Source of the DNA: Chrysomallon squamiferum
Taxonomy: Eukaryota; Animalia; Mollusca
DNA: 64,000 nucleotides
Assembly (NCBI GenBank): GCA_012295275.1
Contig: CM022666.1
Coordinates: 12,772,001-12,836,000, forward strand
Direction of reading: 5' to 3'
The notes beneath the pieces are model-generated. The model saw only the letters and a program-made list of their open reading frames with translations, did not search any database and was not told the origin of the DNA. Position numbers and translations under genes: made by a program. Below, piece by piece: positions 60,812 to 64,000 of this stretch (position 1 is its first letter; each line of letters opens with the position of its first letter).

Positions 60812-61301
60812 TGTGTGTGTGTACGAAAGAGATAAAGAAAAATAAAGAAATAGAGAGAAACACAAAAACAGAGCTAGTGACAGATCTCAAATAATGTCTG
60901 AATCTATAGACACACTGTCCATGCAACAAAAAACCGTAACACTAATGAAGCAAAAATCAAAAGCCATCGTAAATATTGTTTTAATGTTTGAAAAAGGTTT
61001 GATATTCGGTTCATCGATAAAATACGTCGACGTTTTCCTTGTTTGTTTTTTTCATATCATCATTACTAAACAATATACATTTACTGGTTGCATTATTTTT
61101 ATATTTTTATCATTTAAAAATATCTTGCATCAAACTACTATAAGAAATGTGTACTAGAGCAACAATGCACTAAATCATCACATTGAGTTTGTATTGTTGT
61201 TTACTTATGTATTGATGTAAATAAGAAAAACTAAGACTGTATAAGCTTTTTATTTTTTGTAAATATTTAAATTCCGAAAACAATTTAAACCAAACCAAAA
61301 C

Positions 61302-61488
<187 letters not shown>

Positions 61489-62647
61489 ACTATATATATA
61501 TATATAGCATTTATCATATAAATCTTTTCATTTCCATTCAAATTAGAACACGTTTTCAAAATAACAAGCAAATCTATAATCACCACCTCATTACGTCAAC
61601 GAATGTTCTAACAAGAGAGAACAATGCACACAATGGGTAATCAGACGTGGATGTAACACGCTACCCTACCTGGCGCTTCTGTTACATTAACCAGCAGCTA
61701 CAACGTATTAGGTAATTAAGCCGGCGTGACAAACATAATAACAGTTGATTATCAAACGCACGCATTCAGATCAGATAATATTGTAACGAGAAATTAACAA
61801 CTGTTACGTAACACAGAGAAAAATATACGCATATAATATATATTCATAATCTTTGATAATAGATAAAAAAGAAAATACTGATTTAATCTCCATAAACCGT
61901 ATATGATGAATGACTGTATAAGAATCTAATGATTAAAAACAAGTTTTTTGAATGGGTGAGGTTAGAGAAAAATAATAATTAGAACTAGTAAATTTTTAAA
62001 ATACTGTGCAGTATGTAACAATTAGCTGTTTGTTATGATAACAAAACAGATTTAACTGTATAATGGGCTAATGCATAAATGATTAGTTAGAAAAATTATT
62101 TTAGATGTATGATGTTCAGTGAATTAAAAAAATACATATATTTATAATGATACAATGATCCATAGGGCTACTAAGTAAACAATAACAACAATAAAAAGCC
62201 AACAAGGGAAAAGGACACTTTCATTCATGTCTGTACATCAATCAACGACGTTACACTCCATAACACCGCCTCTACCACACCACTACCACGACCGCTGCAA
62301 CTACCCCATCATTACACTACAAAGAAAATTACACAGCAGTCATCCCATTTATCCAGATGTTGTAAACAACGTCGAAGCAGCCGTCGTAAATATCTATTCT
62401 GCAGACAGTAGGGCGACATCTGTAAAAACTGTTATTAACACAGAGTTGTGGCGAACGACGTTGTAACAACAGCAGCAGCGTCCTCGCTAATAACCGCTCA
62501 AACGAATAGCGTGGCAGTGAACGGAGAGGAGGTGGTCTCTGAAAACTGAACGTTCAATAACAGAAAACAGAGAGCGTTAACGAGGGCGGTTCCAGAAATA
62601 GGAAGGTCCAGTCTCACTGTTGTGAAATAATACGAAGTACTAGTTTA

Positions 62648-62707
<60 letters not shown>

Positions 62708-64000
62708 TAACTTGCATATATATATTTATTTATTTATTTAACTGACACAAGCAGACCAATGCGTAGATTCAGCGTGTTATCTGTGATATATATATATTTA
62801 AAAGCGGATATAAAATATTACTGACTATCTAACAGATAACCTGCTGAATGTAGGCACGTGTTCTGTGTCAGTTCATAGCAACATCCTAAATACGATACGA
62901 GATACGCGCAGAATGATAATAAAATGATTACAGTTGAGTGTAAATCACATTTCAGCCCAGCCGAATCGGTTTGTCTCCATCTTTACTCTTTGTCTGACAC
63001 CCGCGAATTCAGATACCAGCCTGTGACCTGGTTTGGTTTGTCAATGGTGGATTAAAAAAAATAAAAAAGGAATTTGTAATTTAAACCGAAACGGGTTTGT
63101 TCTCTCAGTATCTGAATGGTATCTGATACTGCGTGAACACAGACGTAAGAGGTGTAGAGGTTTTCGGTTAAATAAAATAATTTTATCTTTCATCAACAGA
63201 GCTGAGATCTCTCATATGAAGTATTTCTACAACAGTACTAAATTAATTCAGTGTAGTTCATTACCGAGTCTCTACCACAACACTGCAAACACACGCGACT
63301 ACATTTCTTTATGTTTTAATTTATTTCAATCTTATTATCCTCCATTTTCTTTCATCCAAAATAATTTCATTCACAGGTTTAAGATGCACTGTTTTGTATG
63401 ACACCGATTTTCTTGGTTAAGATATCGTTGAACATTTATTCACTGAGTCAGACATTCATTCGTTCAATCAGTCATTCATTCATATGACGTCATTAAGAAA
63501 TTTCGTGTAGTAACACATCTAAAGATGTAAATGCTTTTAATACTAACAAGAATCTGTGTTAAAAGAATTGTCTTGTACACACAAATGATCAACAAAAAAC
63601 CACACAAAATATTCTGTTAATTAGTTATAAGTTCAGTGATGACTTTGTCCACATCTAGAAATGAAACCAGCTAACGACAACTAATGGAGTACAACTTCCG
63701 GTTAGCTACAGAGGAAGCTTTCACACATCTTAGATCTTCCCGCCTCTCTGAAATAGAAAAACACGCGCAAATACCTTCAGACATTAATTATAGACTTTCA
63801 AACCAACCATTCCTTCCTAAAATGCGGATTTATCAAATGCTTAAACTCTGTTATTAAAAATATAAAAAAACAAAACAATTGCAGATCGAAGTATACTTAA
63901 TAGATATTATGTTAAATGCAATTCTATTGGTCGAATGAAACTGATAAGAAGAAGTTATAAAGTGTTATACCTTTATAATCTGCAGGACATTAATAGAAAA

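Noticed and set aside
62227-62550. GC-richer, protein-like stretch (79-aa ORF plus a frameshifted Ala/Thr/Val-rich continuation)
   Set aside because: No motif, no convincing splice pair and a broken frame; cannot be supported as a gene without transcript data.

Overview
AT-rich, microsatellite-dense animal genomic DNA (lophotrochozoan/mollusc-like by repeat and gene content; inference). Two intact host genes are supportable. One is a rhodopsin-family peptide-type GPCR on the minus strand (11-nt first coding exon 27130-27120 spliced to 26853-25413). The other is an HtrL/YibB-like type II membrane glycosyltransferase on the plus strand (56626-56712 spliced to 57241-58125). The first ~25 kb is a nested transposon graveyard whose history can be read from target-site duplications (TSDs). 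A CR1/L2-group LINE was split by a FLYWCH/MULE element and its 5' half then inverted (4219-8942). Three 5'-truncated copies of one RNase H-bearing I-group LINE are present, plus Ginger2-like, THAP, Tigger and probable MULE-NOF remnants; a Sola2-like remnant lies further right. A diverged duplicate of the GPCR locus (about 25-3850) has lost almost its whole CDS in one ~2.7 kb deletion. Two ~2 kb tandem arrays (31-bp and 52-bp units) lie between the genes. I cannot show a wholly new multi-gene system. The best leads are the HtrL-like gene with a triplicated splice donor, the transposon-bracketed inversion, and the emptied GPCR paralogue. All alignments were done by eye; family assignments are from motif recognition, not database searches.
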